The position numbers and the translations under genes were made by a program. Positions 1-9,494 of a stretch of DNA of 24,000 nt are shown one piece after another. The stretch comes from an uncultured Clostridia bacterium (GTDB lineage Bacteria; Bacillota; Clostridia; Christensenellales; UBA1242). The number at the start of each line of letters is the position of its first letter. Position 1 is the stretch's first letter. Under the pieces are notes generated by a model, which saw only the letters and a program-made list of their open reading frames with translations, was not told where the DNA came from and did not search any database. Where the stretch lies: contig CAKVHI010000003.1 of the NCBI GenBank assembly GCA_934747965.1, positions 14,850 to 38,849 of the forward strand, in the 5' to 3' direction.

Positions 1-25
1 ATTATATATTTTTTAGAGGTGTAAC

Positions 26-1312
26 ATGATAGACATAGAATTAATCAGAAAAAATCCTAATCTTGTTAAGGAAAACATTAAAAAGAAATTTCAAGATGAA
101 AAAATTTCACTCGTAGATAGTGTTGCCAAACTTGATAAAGAAAATCGTGAATATAAGCAAAAAATTGATGATTTAAGGGCAATGAGAAAAAATAAAAGTG
201 CTGAAATTGGAAATTTAATGAAAAATAAAGAACTTGACAAAGCAAATGCTTTGAAAGAAGAAGTTTCAAAAATTAACATTAGCATTGAAGAATTTGAAAA
301 TAAACAGGTTGAACTTGAATCACAGATTAAAAACATTATGATGAAAATTCCAAACATAATTGATAGTAGTGTTCCTGTTGGAAAAGATGACAGTGAAAAT
401 GTTGAAAATGAACGCTTTGGCGAAGCTAAAGTCCCAAATTTTGAAATTCCTTATCATGCTGATATTTTGGAAAGTTTTTGTGGTTTAGACAAAGAAAGTG
501 CTGCCAGAACAAGTGGAAATGGCTTTTATTATTTAATGGGAACACCTGCAAGAGTTGTTACTGCAATGATAAATTATGCTCGTGATTACATGATAGACAA
601 AGGCTTTATTTATTGCATACCACCTTTTATGATAAGAAGTGATGTTGTTAATGGTGTTATGAGTTTTGCCGAAATGAATGCAATGATGTATAAAATCGAA
701 GGTGAAGATTTATACTTGATTGGAACAAGTGAACACAGCATGATTGGAAGATTTAAAGACACAATTTTGAAGGAAAGTGAACTTCCTATAAGAATGACAA
801 GTTATAGTCCTTGTTTCAGAAAAGAAGTTGGCGCACATGGCATTGAAGAGCGTGGAATTTATCGTGTGCATCAATTTGAAAAACAAGAAATGATTGTTAT
901 TTGTAAACCCGAAGAAAGTATGGACTTTTACAACAAAATGTGGTCTTACACTGTTGAAATTTTCAGAAACCTAAACATTCCTGTAAGGACCCTTGAGTGT
1001 TGTAGTGGCGACCTTGCCGACCTTAAGGTTAAAAGTTGTGATGTTGAGGCATGGAGCCCAAGACAACAAAAATATTTCGAAGTTGGCTCTTGCTCAACTC
1101 TTGGCGATGCTCAAAGTCGTAGGCTTGGAATTAGAGTTAAAGGTGCAAACGGCAATTATTATCCTCACACACTTAACAACACGGTTTTGGCTTCAACAAG
1201 AGCTTTAATAGCCTTTCTTGAGAACAATCTTAATGCTGATGGCTCAGTTACAATTCCTGAAGTTTTAAGACCATATTTGGGTGGAATGGAAAAAATTGAA
1301 AAGGTTAAGTAA
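26..1312 (+). CDS. serS: Seryl-tRNA synthetase
   Basis: 428 aa ORF with an N-terminal coiled-coil arm and class II aaRS motifs (TSYSPCFRKEVGAHGIEERGIYRVHQFEKQEM; LNNTVLASTRALIAFLENN). Upstream AGAGGTG ribosome-binding site. Confidence 0.97.
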   Translation: MIDIELIRKNPNLVKENIKKKFQDEKISLVDSVAKLDKENREYKQKIDDLRAMRKNKSAEIGNLMKNKELDKANALKEEVSKINISIEEFENKQVELESQIKNIMMKIPNIIDSSVPVGKDDSENVENERFGEAKVPNFEIPYHADILESFCGLDKESAARTSGNGFYYLMGTPARVVTAMINYARDYMIDKGFIYCIPPFMIRSDVVNGVMSFAEMNAMMYKIEGEDLYLIGTSEHSMIGRFKDTILKESELPIRMTSYSPCFRKEVGAHGIEERGIYRVHQFEKQEMIVICKPEESMDFYNKMWSYTVEIFRNLNIPVRTLECCSGDLADLKVKSCDVEAWSPRQQKYFEVGSCSTLGDAQSRRLGIRVKGANGNYYPHTLNNTVLASTRALIAFLENNLNADGSVTIPEVLRPYLGGMEKIEKVK

Positions 1313-2253
1313 TGGACCAATTAAAGAAAGCAATCATAAATGATTTTGTTAAAGTAAAAAATAAAGAAGATGAAAAAAATTTTAATTTAGTATTAAAAAA
1401 ACTAAATGGTTTTTTAACATTATTTTTTAACAAAACAAAGCAAGAATTTGAAAATAAAATTGATTTTAAAGCCAATTTAATTGGTGACATAAGCATAAAA
1501 TCTAATTACGATTTTTTGGACAACGCTACAATTATGATTGATTATTTCGGAAATAGTGATGATTTGACTTACAGTGAAAGTTACAGCAAAAAGTCTGAAA
1601 TAGGAAAGATGTTGCAAGATAGTATGCATCCAACAAAAATAGCAATTCCTACGACTCAAGATTTGATTTCGAATCTTTATTATTACTTATCATTAAACAC
1701 AAAAGATATGTCATTATTTCAACGCAAAAATGGCATATCCTTAAAGTTTTTTGACTTTAAATTCTTCATTTTTTTTACTTTTGCAAGTCAAAACAATAAT
1801 AACCAAGAATTTGAAATTAAGGGTAAATCTTATAATTTTAATTTTGAATTATTGCATAAAAATTTGCTACAAAAAAACAAAGAAACTAAAGGTAAATTCT
1901 TTGATTTGGTCAAATTTTTTAAGATAATTGAGCGAGAGTTATCACTACTTAGCAAATTAAATTTAAACGCCTCAAAAAACCTTTATTTTTATGAAAATTT
2001 ATTATATAGTTTGGATAATAAAATTTTTGAAGGTGAATATATTTATGATATTTTTCTTAAAATCTACGATTATTTATTCAAAGTTTATAAGTATGAAAAT
2101 TTTGACAATTTAAAAAATGCTGAAAATAACCCCTTGTTTTTAGATAAGGAATATAAACTATTCGCAAAATATTATATTACAAAATATGACCTTAAACTTG
2201 TTTTAAAGCAAAGTAAAATTTTTATTGATAACATTGATGAAATTATAAAGTAA
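1312..2253 (+). CDS. Uncharacterised 313 aa protein, translationally coupled to serS
   Basis: Long ORF whose ATG overlaps the serS stop (TAATG). No family recognised with confidence. Confidence 0.75.
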   Translation: MDQLKKAIINDFVKVKNKEDEKNFNLVLKKLNGFLTLFFNKTKQEFENKIDFKANLIGDISIKSNYDFLDNATIMIDYFGNSDDLTYSESYSKKSEIGKMLQDSMHPTKIAIPTTQDLISNLYYYLSLNTKDMSLFQRKNGISLKFFDFKFFIFFTFASQNNNNQEFEIKGKSYNFNFELLHKNLLQKNKETKGKFFDLVKFFKIIERELSLLSKLNLNASKNLYFYENLLYSLDNKIFEGEYIYDIFLKIYDYLFKVYKYENFDNLKNAENNPLFLDKEYKLFAKYYITKYDLKLVLKQSKIFIDNIDEIIK

Positions 2254-2465
2254 AAGAAACAAGATACATTAAAATTCAAGTGATATTGCAAACATAATTT
2301 ATAAAACAAGTAAATCTTTTCATTATATAAAGTTTAATGTTTTATTACTATGCAAAAATATTTAGTAATTTGTTATTTATGTTTTATACCAAATTATAAA
2401 AAATTTTAATATAGATTATAAAAAATTTAAAAAGTTATAAATTTTTGTTAAATATTTACCTTTTT

Positions 2466-2491
2466 ATTCGCAAAATCTGTATTTTGCGAAT
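2466..2491. repeat. 11-bp perfect inverted repeat (hairpin) in a long intergenic region
   Basis: ATTCGCAAAAT-CTGT-ATTTTGCGAAT. No immediate U-tract on the + strand, so the terminator role is uncertain. Confidence 0.6.
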
Positions 2492-2769
2492 AGTTTTATA
2501 AATCAATTTTTTAATTCTCTACTCTACTATTCACAATTTTTATAATAAATTATCTAAAAATTATGTTATTCATTCCAAAAAAATAGGTATTAACCACAAA
2601 AATTTCAAACTTGTTAATCAACCATTGAAAGCGTATTTTTTGTGTCTGTAGAGCTATAAAGCTTCTGTCATACATTTTGTCCAACCTGTTTAATTTACCA
2701 AACCACTGTATATAGTTAGTTAAAAATCAAAATTCAAAATATTGAGTTTAAATTATTTTAACTTTCCTT

Positions 2770-3447
2770 TTAAATTAGTAAATTAAGTAAAAAGCCACAT
2801 TTTTTGAGTTGCTGTTGCATAACTTTATGGTTAGGTTCAACTCGTTTTAATTCCATATAAAAGTTTTCACTATGATTTAATTCAACTAAATGTGTTAATT
2901 CGTGAAATATAACATGGTCAATTAATTCATGAGATAAAAACAAAAGTTTATAATTCAAAAATATATTTTTTTTGCTGTCACACATTCCCCATTTTGCTTT
3001 GCTGTTTATTATAGAAACACTTTTACAGTTTAATTTCATAAAGTTAAGCAATTCTTTTGTTCTGTCTATCAAAATTATTTCAGCATTTTGTATGTAAAAC
3101 TCTTTCAATGCTTTAATTAGCCTTGAAGTTGAAAAATTGAGTTTTTGAGGCAAACATAAGGCATTATCAGTTAATTCGATTTCAGCTTGATTTTTAATAA
3201 AGATAACTGGGTATTTTTTACCTAAAAACAAGACTTCTTCATAATTTAATAAATTTTGATTTATCTCTAGAGTGCTTTTAATTTGAGTTTGCTTTTGAGT
3301 TATCCACTTCTCTTTTTCACATATAAAATTAAAAACTTTGTTTAAGTCAACATCTTTTGGTGCAGAAACAATTAACTGCCCACTTTTATTTATTTTAAGT
3401 GAAATATTTTTTCTGTTGCTCAAAATCAATTTATCGGGTTTTATCAT
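2770..3447 (-). CDS. YgjP-like (DUF45 / M48-related) metal-dependent hydrolase
   Basis: 225 aa with HELTHLVELNH zinc motif and downstream PNHKVMQQQLK, typical of the YgjP-like metallopeptidase domain. Confidence 0.88.
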   Translation of the reverse strand: MIKPDKLILSNRKNISLKINKSGQLIVSAPKDVDLNKVFNFICEKEKWITQKQTQIKSTLEINQNLLNYEEVLFLGKKYPVIFIKNQAEIELTDNALCLPQKLNFSTSRLIKALKEFYIQNAEIILIDRTKELLNFMKLNCKSVSIINSKAKWGMCDSKKNIFLNYKLLFLSHELIDHVIFHELTHLVELNHSENFYMELKRVEPNHKVMQQQLKKCGFLLNLLI

Positions 3448-3492
3448 GTATTAATTTTATCATATTTTGCAAAAAAATAAAACAAAATTAAT

Positions 3493-3515
3493 ACTATGCA
3501 AAATTTGCATAGTAA
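3493..3515. promoter_or_regulatory. 23-bp palindrome, candidate operator of the PadR-like gene
   Basis: TACTATGCAAA-A-TTTGCATAGTA, perfect 11-bp arms, 6 bp upstream of a -35 element. Confidence 0.55.
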
Positions 3516-3521
3516 TTATAT

Positions 3522-3549
3522 TGACAAATTTTTTATTATTTTATATAAT
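3522..3549 (+). promoter_or_regulatory. SigA-type promoter for the PadR-membrane fusion gene
   Basis: TTGACA (3522-3527), 16-nt spacer, TATAAT (3544-3549), 26 bp upstream of the ATG at 3576. Confidence 0.75.
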
Positions 3550-3575
3550 AAAAACAAATTAATGGAGTTATTCAA

Positions 3576-5501
3576 ATGAAAAGTAGCGTTGTTAGCGGTG
3601 AAAACCGTGGTAGTGTGAATGAAATTTTGTTAAAAGCCCTTCAAAGTGGCGATAAGTATGGTTATGAAATTAATAAAGAAATAGAAATTAAGAGTGCTGG
3701 TAAGTTTTTTTTGAAAGAAGCAAGTTTATATTCTGGATTGAAGCGCTTAGAAGCTGGTGGTTTTATTTCTTCTTATTGGCAAGATGGTGATCTTGGAATT
3801 AGAAGGCATTACTACTCTATAACTCAAAAAGGTCTTAATAAACTTAATGCTTCTAACTTCACTTGGGATAGTTCAAAAGAATTTTTAGGAGAAATGTTTA
3901 AAAATCAAAAATTGGAAGATATAAAAACTAATTTTTCAAATGAAAAAGTTTCTTTAAGCAATTCATCAAATGTTGCACAAGCAGAAAATACTGAAATGAA
4001 AAAAAATCCTTTTCAAATTGAAGTGAGCCCTTTTCAACAAAGTTTTTTTGATTTTAATTCTGAAAATCAAGAAAATAAAAATCAAAATGCTGATAATAAC
4101 AACCAAAACGCTATTAACAACAGCCAATATCTTCAACAAGAACAAATAAACTCAAATGTATGCGAAGAAAAAGTTGAAAGCCAAGTTTCTGAAAATGAAA
4201 ATTTAAAACCAAATGCACAATCTTTTGAACCTAAACAAACAGAAATAGAAAAACAAAAAGAGAATTTTGATGAAAACTTCCTAAATATTGTTAATCAAAA
4301 AGAATTAGATAATAAAGCCGATGAAGTGAACAATAATTTAAGTTATGAAAAACTTATAAACAACTACGAAAATAATAATTACACTACTTCCCTTCAAAAA
4401 GAAAATGTGATTGATATTTCAAATTTGTTTAACTCTAAAATAAATGAATCAAGCATAATTATTAACAAATCAAACGATAATAAGCAAGAAAATGAAGGAA
4501 ATCAAAGTGGCAAAATTTTAGAAAACGATAATAAAAATAATGATGAGATTCTGTCAAACTCTGACATTAAAGCCAAAGAACAAGTTAGCCTAGAAAACAA
4601 AGTTGATGAAAATTCTGGCAGTGATAATTCTGTTGCAAACAAAGAAAATTCGCTTGATTTTAAAAACATTTTTGGCTCACTGCTTGCTGATGAAAATAAA
4701 GAAGAAAAGGTTATTTCTGGGCAAATTGAAAATGATGAAACTTTAGAAAAAAAGGTTGAAGAAACTGTTGAATCTCCAAAGCCTGAACTTCCAAGGATAA
4801 ATGTTGATGATGATGTTAATGTTATGTTAAAAACAGAAAAGAATTTCTATAACAATGATTACTCAAAAAATCAAATTCAAAGCCGAAGTTATCAAGACAA
4901 AATTGTTCAGAGTAACGACAACAGCAAAGGTGTTAAGCAATACATAAACAATGTTCACAAACAAACGTTAATTTCTAGGGCAACAAAAATCACTGAAGAA
5001 GTTAATTTGGAAGGAATAAATATAAGAGAATATTCAAAAATGAATAACAAACTTATTAGAAATTCAAACTATATTTATTCAAACAAACTAAATTTTGTTT
5101 TAGCAATAATTTTGTCGTTGTTAATTGTTACTGAAAGCATTATTTCTTTTGTTGTTCTAAGCAAATTTAACCTACTACAAACTTTTGAAATTGTTATTTT
5201 CACGCTAAGTTTACTTGCAGGATTGTTAATTAGTTTTATTTATTCTTTAAAGTTTTTTAAAGACAAATTTAAGGTTGACACAAAAAAATACAATTTTAAA
5301 ACACAATTATTTTATTTTTGCTTAATTTTTGTTGTAAGTTTTGTTTTGATTTTATGTATAAACATATTTGCAGGCATGAACGTCAATAATTCGTTTGATT
5401 TTAAAATGAAAATTATTATGGAAACATTGATGCTTTCAAATTTTATTGCCTACCCTTTGATTAAATTATTACTTTACAAATCAAAATATTTTTCAAACTA
5501 A
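3576..5501 (+). CDS. PadR-family transcriptional regulator fused to a long Asn/Glu-rich linker and a C-terminal multi-TM membrane domain
   Basis: N-terminal winged helix (YGYEINKEIEIKSAGKFFLKEASLYSGLKRLEAGGFISSYW...GIRRHYYSITQKGLNKL) is PadR-like. A ~380 aa low-complexity linker follows, then about four hydrophobic helices in the last ~150 aa. Confidence 0.85.
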   Translation: MKSSVVSGENRGSVNEILLKALQSGDKYGYEINKEIEIKSAGKFFLKEASLYSGLKRLEAGGFISSYWQDGDLGIRRHYYSITQKGLNKLNASNFTWDSSKEFLGEMFKNQKLEDIKTNFSNEKVSLSNSSNVAQAENTEMKKNPFQIEVSPFQQSFFDFNSENQENKNQNADNNNQNAINNSQYLQQEQINSNVCEEKVESQVSENENLKPNAQSFEPKQTEIEKQKENFDENFLNIVNQKELDNKADEVNNNLSYEKLINNYENNNYTTSLQKENVIDISNLFNSKINESSIIINKSNDNKQENEGNQSGKILENDNKNNDEILSNSDIKAKEQVSLENKVDENSGSDNSVANKENSLDFKNIFGSLLADENKEEKVISGQIENDETLEKKVEETVESPKPELPRINVDDDVNVMLKTEKNFYNNDYSKNQIQSRSYQDKIVQSNDNSKGVKQYINNVHKQTLISRATKITEEVNLEGINIREYSKMNNKLIRNSNYIYSNKLNFVLAIILSLLIVTESIISFVVLSKFNLLQTFEIVIFTLSLLAGLLISFIYSLKFFKDKFKVDTKKYNFKTQLFYFCLIFVVSFVLILCINIFAGMNVNNSFDFKMKIIMETLMLSNFIAYPLIKLLLYKSKYFSN

Positions 5502-5520
5502 ACAAATTTGTAAATTAATA

Positions 5521-5549
5521 TTTACATCTTTATTATGTTGTGCTATAAT
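5521..5549 (+). promoter_or_regulatory. SigA-type promoter of the ABC transporter genes
   Basis: TTTACA (5521-5526), 17-nt spacer, TATAAT (5544-5549). Confidence 0.7.
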
Positions 5550-5567
5550 TTTTTATTAGGAGTTTAA

Positions 5568-6515
5568 ATGGAAAAAAAATCAAATTGCGTTTTGTCTGTT
5601 CAAGGTGTTACAAAAATATTTGGAAAAGAAAGAGCGGCAGTAAATAATGTTTCTTTTAACATCTTTGCAGGCGAAATTTATGGCTTGATAGGTCAAAATG
5701 GTGCTGGAAAAACCACTATTATAAGGGTTATTACTGGTCTTGCTAAAGCCACTAGCGGAAAAGTTTTTATTTGTGGTTATGATATTGAAAAAGATTTTCA
5801 AAAAGCAATTAAAAATGTTGGCGGAATAATTGAAAACCCTGAATTATATTCTTACATGAGCGGAATGGATAACCTTAAATATTATGCTTCTCTTTATGGA
5901 AAGGTTGACAAGAATGAAATTGATAAAATAGTTGGCATGCTTGGAATGGAAAATCGAATAAATGACAAGGTTAAAACCTATTCCTTAGGCATGAAGCAAA
6001 GAGTTGGTATCTGCCAAGCCCTACTTCATCATCCTAAGTTGTTGATTTTGGATGAGCCAACAAATGGACTAGACCCAAATGGCATAAAAGATATGCGTAT
6101 GTTTTTAAAAAAACTTGCAAAAGAACAAGGAATTGCAATTTTAATATCAAGTCATATTCTTGCGGAAATGGAATTAATTTGTGATAGAATTGGCATTATT
6201 GACAATGGAATGATTATAGAAAACAAAACAATGGAAGAATTGCAACAGGGCTTAAATTCTAAACTTCAAGTTTCAATAAAAGTTGATTATCCAAATTATG
6301 CTGGAAAAATTTTATTAGATAAATATCCTGATGCTTCTGTGTTCTGCATAGGAAATCGAGTTATTATTGAAACTAAAAATGAGCAAATTCCAATAATTAC
6401 TTCTGTTTTGATAAATAAAGGCATTTCTATTTATGGAATAAGCACAGTAACTAGAAGTTTGGAAGATATATTCCTTGACATCGTACACAAAGGAAAAGAA
6501 CAAAATATTTTATAG
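5568..6515 (+). CDS. ABC transporter ATP-binding protein (BcrA/CcmA-like)
   Basis: Walker A GQNGAGKTT, signature YSLGMKQR, Walker B LLILDEPTNGLDP. RBS AGGAG. Confidence 0.95.
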   Translation: MEKKSNCVLSVQGVTKIFGKERAAVNNVSFNIFAGEIYGLIGQNGAGKTTIIRVITGLAKATSGKVFICGYDIEKDFQKAIKNVGGIIENPELYSYMSGMDNLKYYASLYGKVDKNEIDKIVGMLGMENRINDKVKTYSLGMKQRVGICQALLHHPKLLILDEPTNGLDPNGIKDMRMFLKKLAKEQGIAILISSHILAEMELICDRIGIIDNGMIIENKTMEELQQGLNSKLQVSIKVDYPNYAGKILLDKYPDASVFCIGNRVIIETKNEQIPIITSVLINKGISIYGISTVTRSLEDIFLDIVHKGKEQNIL

Positions 6516-6532
6516 TTTTTAAAGGAAATTTT

Positions 6533-8296
6533 ATGGGAATTTTTAGATTAACCAAAGGCGAATTAAAGAAAGTATTTTTAAAACCGGGCATTTTTGTTGT
6601 AACTGCCCTTCTTGTTGTTGTTCTAACATTATCAGCACTTTTGTTTAAGCCAGCAACTCGTCAAAACAGTGGTTTGGTGAATTTAACAGGCTCTACTGTT
6701 GGACAAATGTATGACCGAAGTTATGGCTCTACAGACACAAAAAATACACTTTCAAAAGATTATATTTCTTCAAATCATATCATTCCGTCCACAAATATTA
6801 TTGATTTTTATTTGAATGAAATAAATAATAACACCAACTCTAAAAAACAAGAATTGTTAGATAAAATCAAAGAGATTAAAACATTTTTTGTTGATTATCA
6901 AAGAAATTCAACAATAAACAATCCTTCGAATGAAATTAAAAATTTGTTAAATGAGCAAAGGGCGGAATTAAAAACAAAAATTACTGAATTTCAAAGTTTG
7001 TATAACAAATATATCAATGGTTTAAATGGTTTTTATTATTTGCTTTTAGAATCAACTACAAAAAATGACATAGATGTTTATTTGTCAAAATGTTTAACTA
7101 CCCCATTTTCTGGCGAAATGCCTCATTCAGAAACGGTTAAAACAATTTATTATGACCTTGATATGTTTAACACTTTAACAAACTATGTTGAACAAATGAA
7201 AACTTTTTTACCCGAAAAACAAGCACTTGAAAATGCAAAAACTAACCTTGAAGATGCAAAAACTAAAATATCTGAAATTGAAACTGATATTCAAAACTTT
7301 AAATCTGAATATTCTTTAAGTGATAAACTTGAGCATAAACAACAATTCAGAACATTAATCACAAGATTTCAACAGGCCAATGAAAATGCCTATAACCTAA
7401 CATTGCACACTATCAACGCTTCTGCATTAAGTGATTTTAGCGATGATTATATTCAATCATTATATCAAAACTTTCAATTCAAAACTAAATATACCATAAA
7501 TGAGCAAAAAAACATTTGTAAATTTTATTTAGATAACAATAAATATGCCTTTGAATATGCAAGCCCATTAAGTTTAAACGCAACAAGCAACACAGAGCCT
7601 AATGTGTATGATTTTATGTTTTTTGCCATTGAATTTTGCAGTTTTATTGTTGTAATATATGTTGTATTTTTAGGTGCAACCATGATTGCTGGAGAATACT
7701 CAAATGGAACAATGAAATTGCTTGCAATAAGACCTTATTCAAGACGCAAAATCTTATTTAGCAAACTTCTTGCTACTATTTTGATTGGCTTAATTTTCTT
7801 GTTTATGTCATTTATTGTAACTTATATCATTGGTGCTATACTTTATTCTACTGCATCCCTTCCAATATTAGTTATCTTTAATGCTGGAAATTGCACAGCA
7901 GTTAGCCCTATTCTTATAATTTTATTACTATTCTTATGCAAAATGGTAGAATTAATTTTTTACGCAATATTTGCTCTTTCTATTTCAACATGGTTTAAAT
8001 CAAATGCTGGATGCATAGTTGTAAGTTTGCTTCTATACTTTATTTCATTTGTTTTAACAATGTTCACCCCAAGTTTGGGAATAATAAAATTCTTACCTTT
8101 TGTCAACACAAATTTATTTGGTTATTTTGGCTCTCATCTTATTTCAACAACATCAAGCAATATATTTGTAACTATGTTCAGCAAAGTTATTGCAAATGAT
8201 ATGAATTTCTTTATTAGCTTTTCAATAATAACTTTCTTCTCTGTTATAATTTATGTTGTTACAAGTGAAATTTTTGCAAAACGAGATATTAAATAA
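6533..8296 (+). CDS. ABC-2 type transporter permease with large extracytoplasmic coiled-coil insert
   Basis: One N-terminal TM, ~330 aa polar/coiled-coil region, then multiple TMs with MIAGEYSNGTMKLLAIRPYSR, typical of ABC-2 permeases. Confidence 0.9.
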   Translation: MGIFRLTKGELKKVFLKPGIFVVTALLVVVLTLSALLFKPATRQNSGLVNLTGSTVGQMYDRSYGSTDTKNTLSKDYISSNHIIPSTNIIDFYLNEINNNTNSKKQELLDKIKEIKTFFVDYQRNSTINNPSNEIKNLLNEQRAELKTKITEFQSLYNKYINGLNGFYYLLLESTTKNDIDVYLSKCLTTPFSGEMPHSETVKTIYYDLDMFNTLTNYVEQMKTFLPEKQALENAKTNLEDAKTKISEIETDIQNFKSEYSLSDKLEHKQQFRTLITRFQQANENAYNLTLHTINASALSDFSDDYIQSLYQNFQFKTKYTINEQKNICKFYLDNNKYAFEYASPLSLNATSNTEPNVYDFMFFAIEFCSFIVVIYVVFLGATMIAGEYSNGTMKLLAIRPYSRRKILFSKLLATILIGLIFLFMSFIVTYIIGAILYSTASLPILVIFNAGNCTAVSPILIILLLFLCKMVELIFYAIFALSISTWFKSNAGCIVVSLLLYFISFVLTMFTPSLGIIKFLPFVNTNLFGYFGSHLISTTSSNIFVTMFSKVIANDMNFFISFSIITFFSVIIYVVTSEIFAKRDIK

Positions 8297-8302
8297 CATT
8301 AC

Positions 8303-8333
8303 AAAAAAGTGAAACTAAATGTTTCACTTTTTT
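8303..8333. terminator. Bidirectional intrinsic terminator between convergent genes
   Basis: AAAAAAGTGAAAC-TAAAT-GTTTCACTTTTTT, 13-bp stem between the permease gene and trpS. Confidence 0.9.
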
Positions 8334-8358
8334 ATACTTAATTTTATTTGATTTTTTA

Positions 8359-9360
8359 TTATTTACACAATTTAACGCCAATCGCATCTTTAACCTTTTC
8401 TAAGGTTTCCTTTGCAACTTTTCTGGCTTTTTCTGCCCCGATTTTAAATATTTCGTCAACTAATTGTCTGTTGGCTTGATAGTAGTCATATTTTTCTCTC
8501 ATAGGAGTTAAAACTTTGTTCATAGCATTAAATAATTCTTTTTTTGCATCCCCCCAACTCATGCCACCTAAAAGTTTGTTGCAATATTCTTCATAACCTT
8601 TTTCATTTGAAAACAATTTAAAAAGTTTGCACAAAGTGTTGTCTGTGTCTTTAGGTTCGCCCGGAAGCCTTGAATCAGTAACAATTTTGTTTACGGTCTT
8701 TTGAAGTTGCTTTTCACTGCAAAACAATTCAATGGTATTTTTATAACTTTTGCTCATTTTTCTGCCGTCTAACCCAACAATTTGACAAGTTTCATCTTCT
8801 ACAACACTTTCAGGAAGAGTAAAGACTTTGCCGTATCTGTTGTTAAAACTGTTAGCTATATCTCGAGCAATCTCAACATGTTGAGTTTGGTCTATTCCAA
8901 CAGGAATTTTCTTTGCGTTAAATAGCAAAATATCAGCTGCCATAAGGATAGGATAATTATACAAGCCCATATTAACACCAATATCTTTATCTTGACCTTC
9001 AGCTTCATTTTTTTCAACAATAGCCTTGTATGCGTGAGCCCTATTCATTAAACCTTTGCTTGTTAAGTTGCACAAAATCCAAAAAAGTTCACAATCTTCA
9101 CTTACATCACTTTGCTTAAAAAAAACAACTTTATTTGGGTCTATTCCACAAGCAAGCCATGTGCAAGCAATGTTATATGTGTTTTCAATCATTTCTTGTT
9201 TGGTTTTTACTGTGGTCAAAGCATGATAATCAGCAATAAAGTAATAACATTCAAAATCATTACTGCTATTTGCAAAATCAACTGCCTGTTTAATTGCACC
9301 AAAATAATTACCAATATGAGCAATACCTGTTGGTTTTATGCCTGTCAAAACTCTCTCCAT
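8359..9360 (-). CDS. trpS: Tryptophanyl-tRNA synthetase
   Basis: 333 aa with GIKPTGIAHIGNYFGAI and GRKMSKSYKNTI (KMSKS motif). Confidence 0.97.
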   Translation of the reverse strand: MERVLTGIKPTGIAHIGNYFGAIKQAVDFANSSNDFECYYFIADYHALTTVKTKQEMIENTYNIACTWLACGIDPNKVVFFKQSDVSEDCELFWILCNLTSKGLMNRAHAYKAIVEKNEAEGQDKDIGVNMGLYNYPILMAADILLFNAKKIPVGIDQTQHVEIARDIANSFNNRYGKVFTLPESVVEDETCQIVGLDGRKMSKSYKNTIELFCSEKQLQKTVNKIVTDSRLPGEPKDTDNTLCKLFKLFSNEKGYEEYCNKLLGGMSWGDAKKELFNAMNKVLTPMREKYDYYQANRQLVDEIFKIGAEKARKVAKETLEKVKDAIGVKLCK

Positions 9361-9444
9361 AATTTCTCCCCATAATTAAAAGCAAAACTAGGCTTTCAAA
9401 ATTTAGATTTGCTTTTTTATTAACAATATATAACTATAAATACA

Positions 9445-9473
9445 ATTATAATTTTATTACACTTTTTTGTCAA
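9445..9473 (-). promoter_or_regulatory. SigA-type promoter of trpS
   Basis: Minus strand TTGACA (9473-9468), 17-nt spacer, TATAAT (9450-9445). Confidence 0.75.
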
Positions 9474-9494
9474 AGAAAAGTTGTTATAATTTTA

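Noticed and set aside
993-1208. Overlapping ORFs within coding genes (e.g. 78..269, 91..357, 993..1208, 14174..14572, 23406..23900)
   Set aside because: They are shadow frames of well-identified genes (serS, spoIIIAG/AH, infB), with no plausible start context or domains.
2254-3575. CRISPR array or mobile-element boundary
   Set aside because: No regularly spaced direct repeats, transposase or terminal inverted repeats. Only isolated palindromes are present.
3940-4980. Asn/Glu-rich stretch of the PadR fusion as a tandem repeat or assembly artefact
   Set aside because: Composition is biased but no periodic repeat unit is visible, and the frame stays open into a coherent TM domain, so it is treated as a genuine linker.
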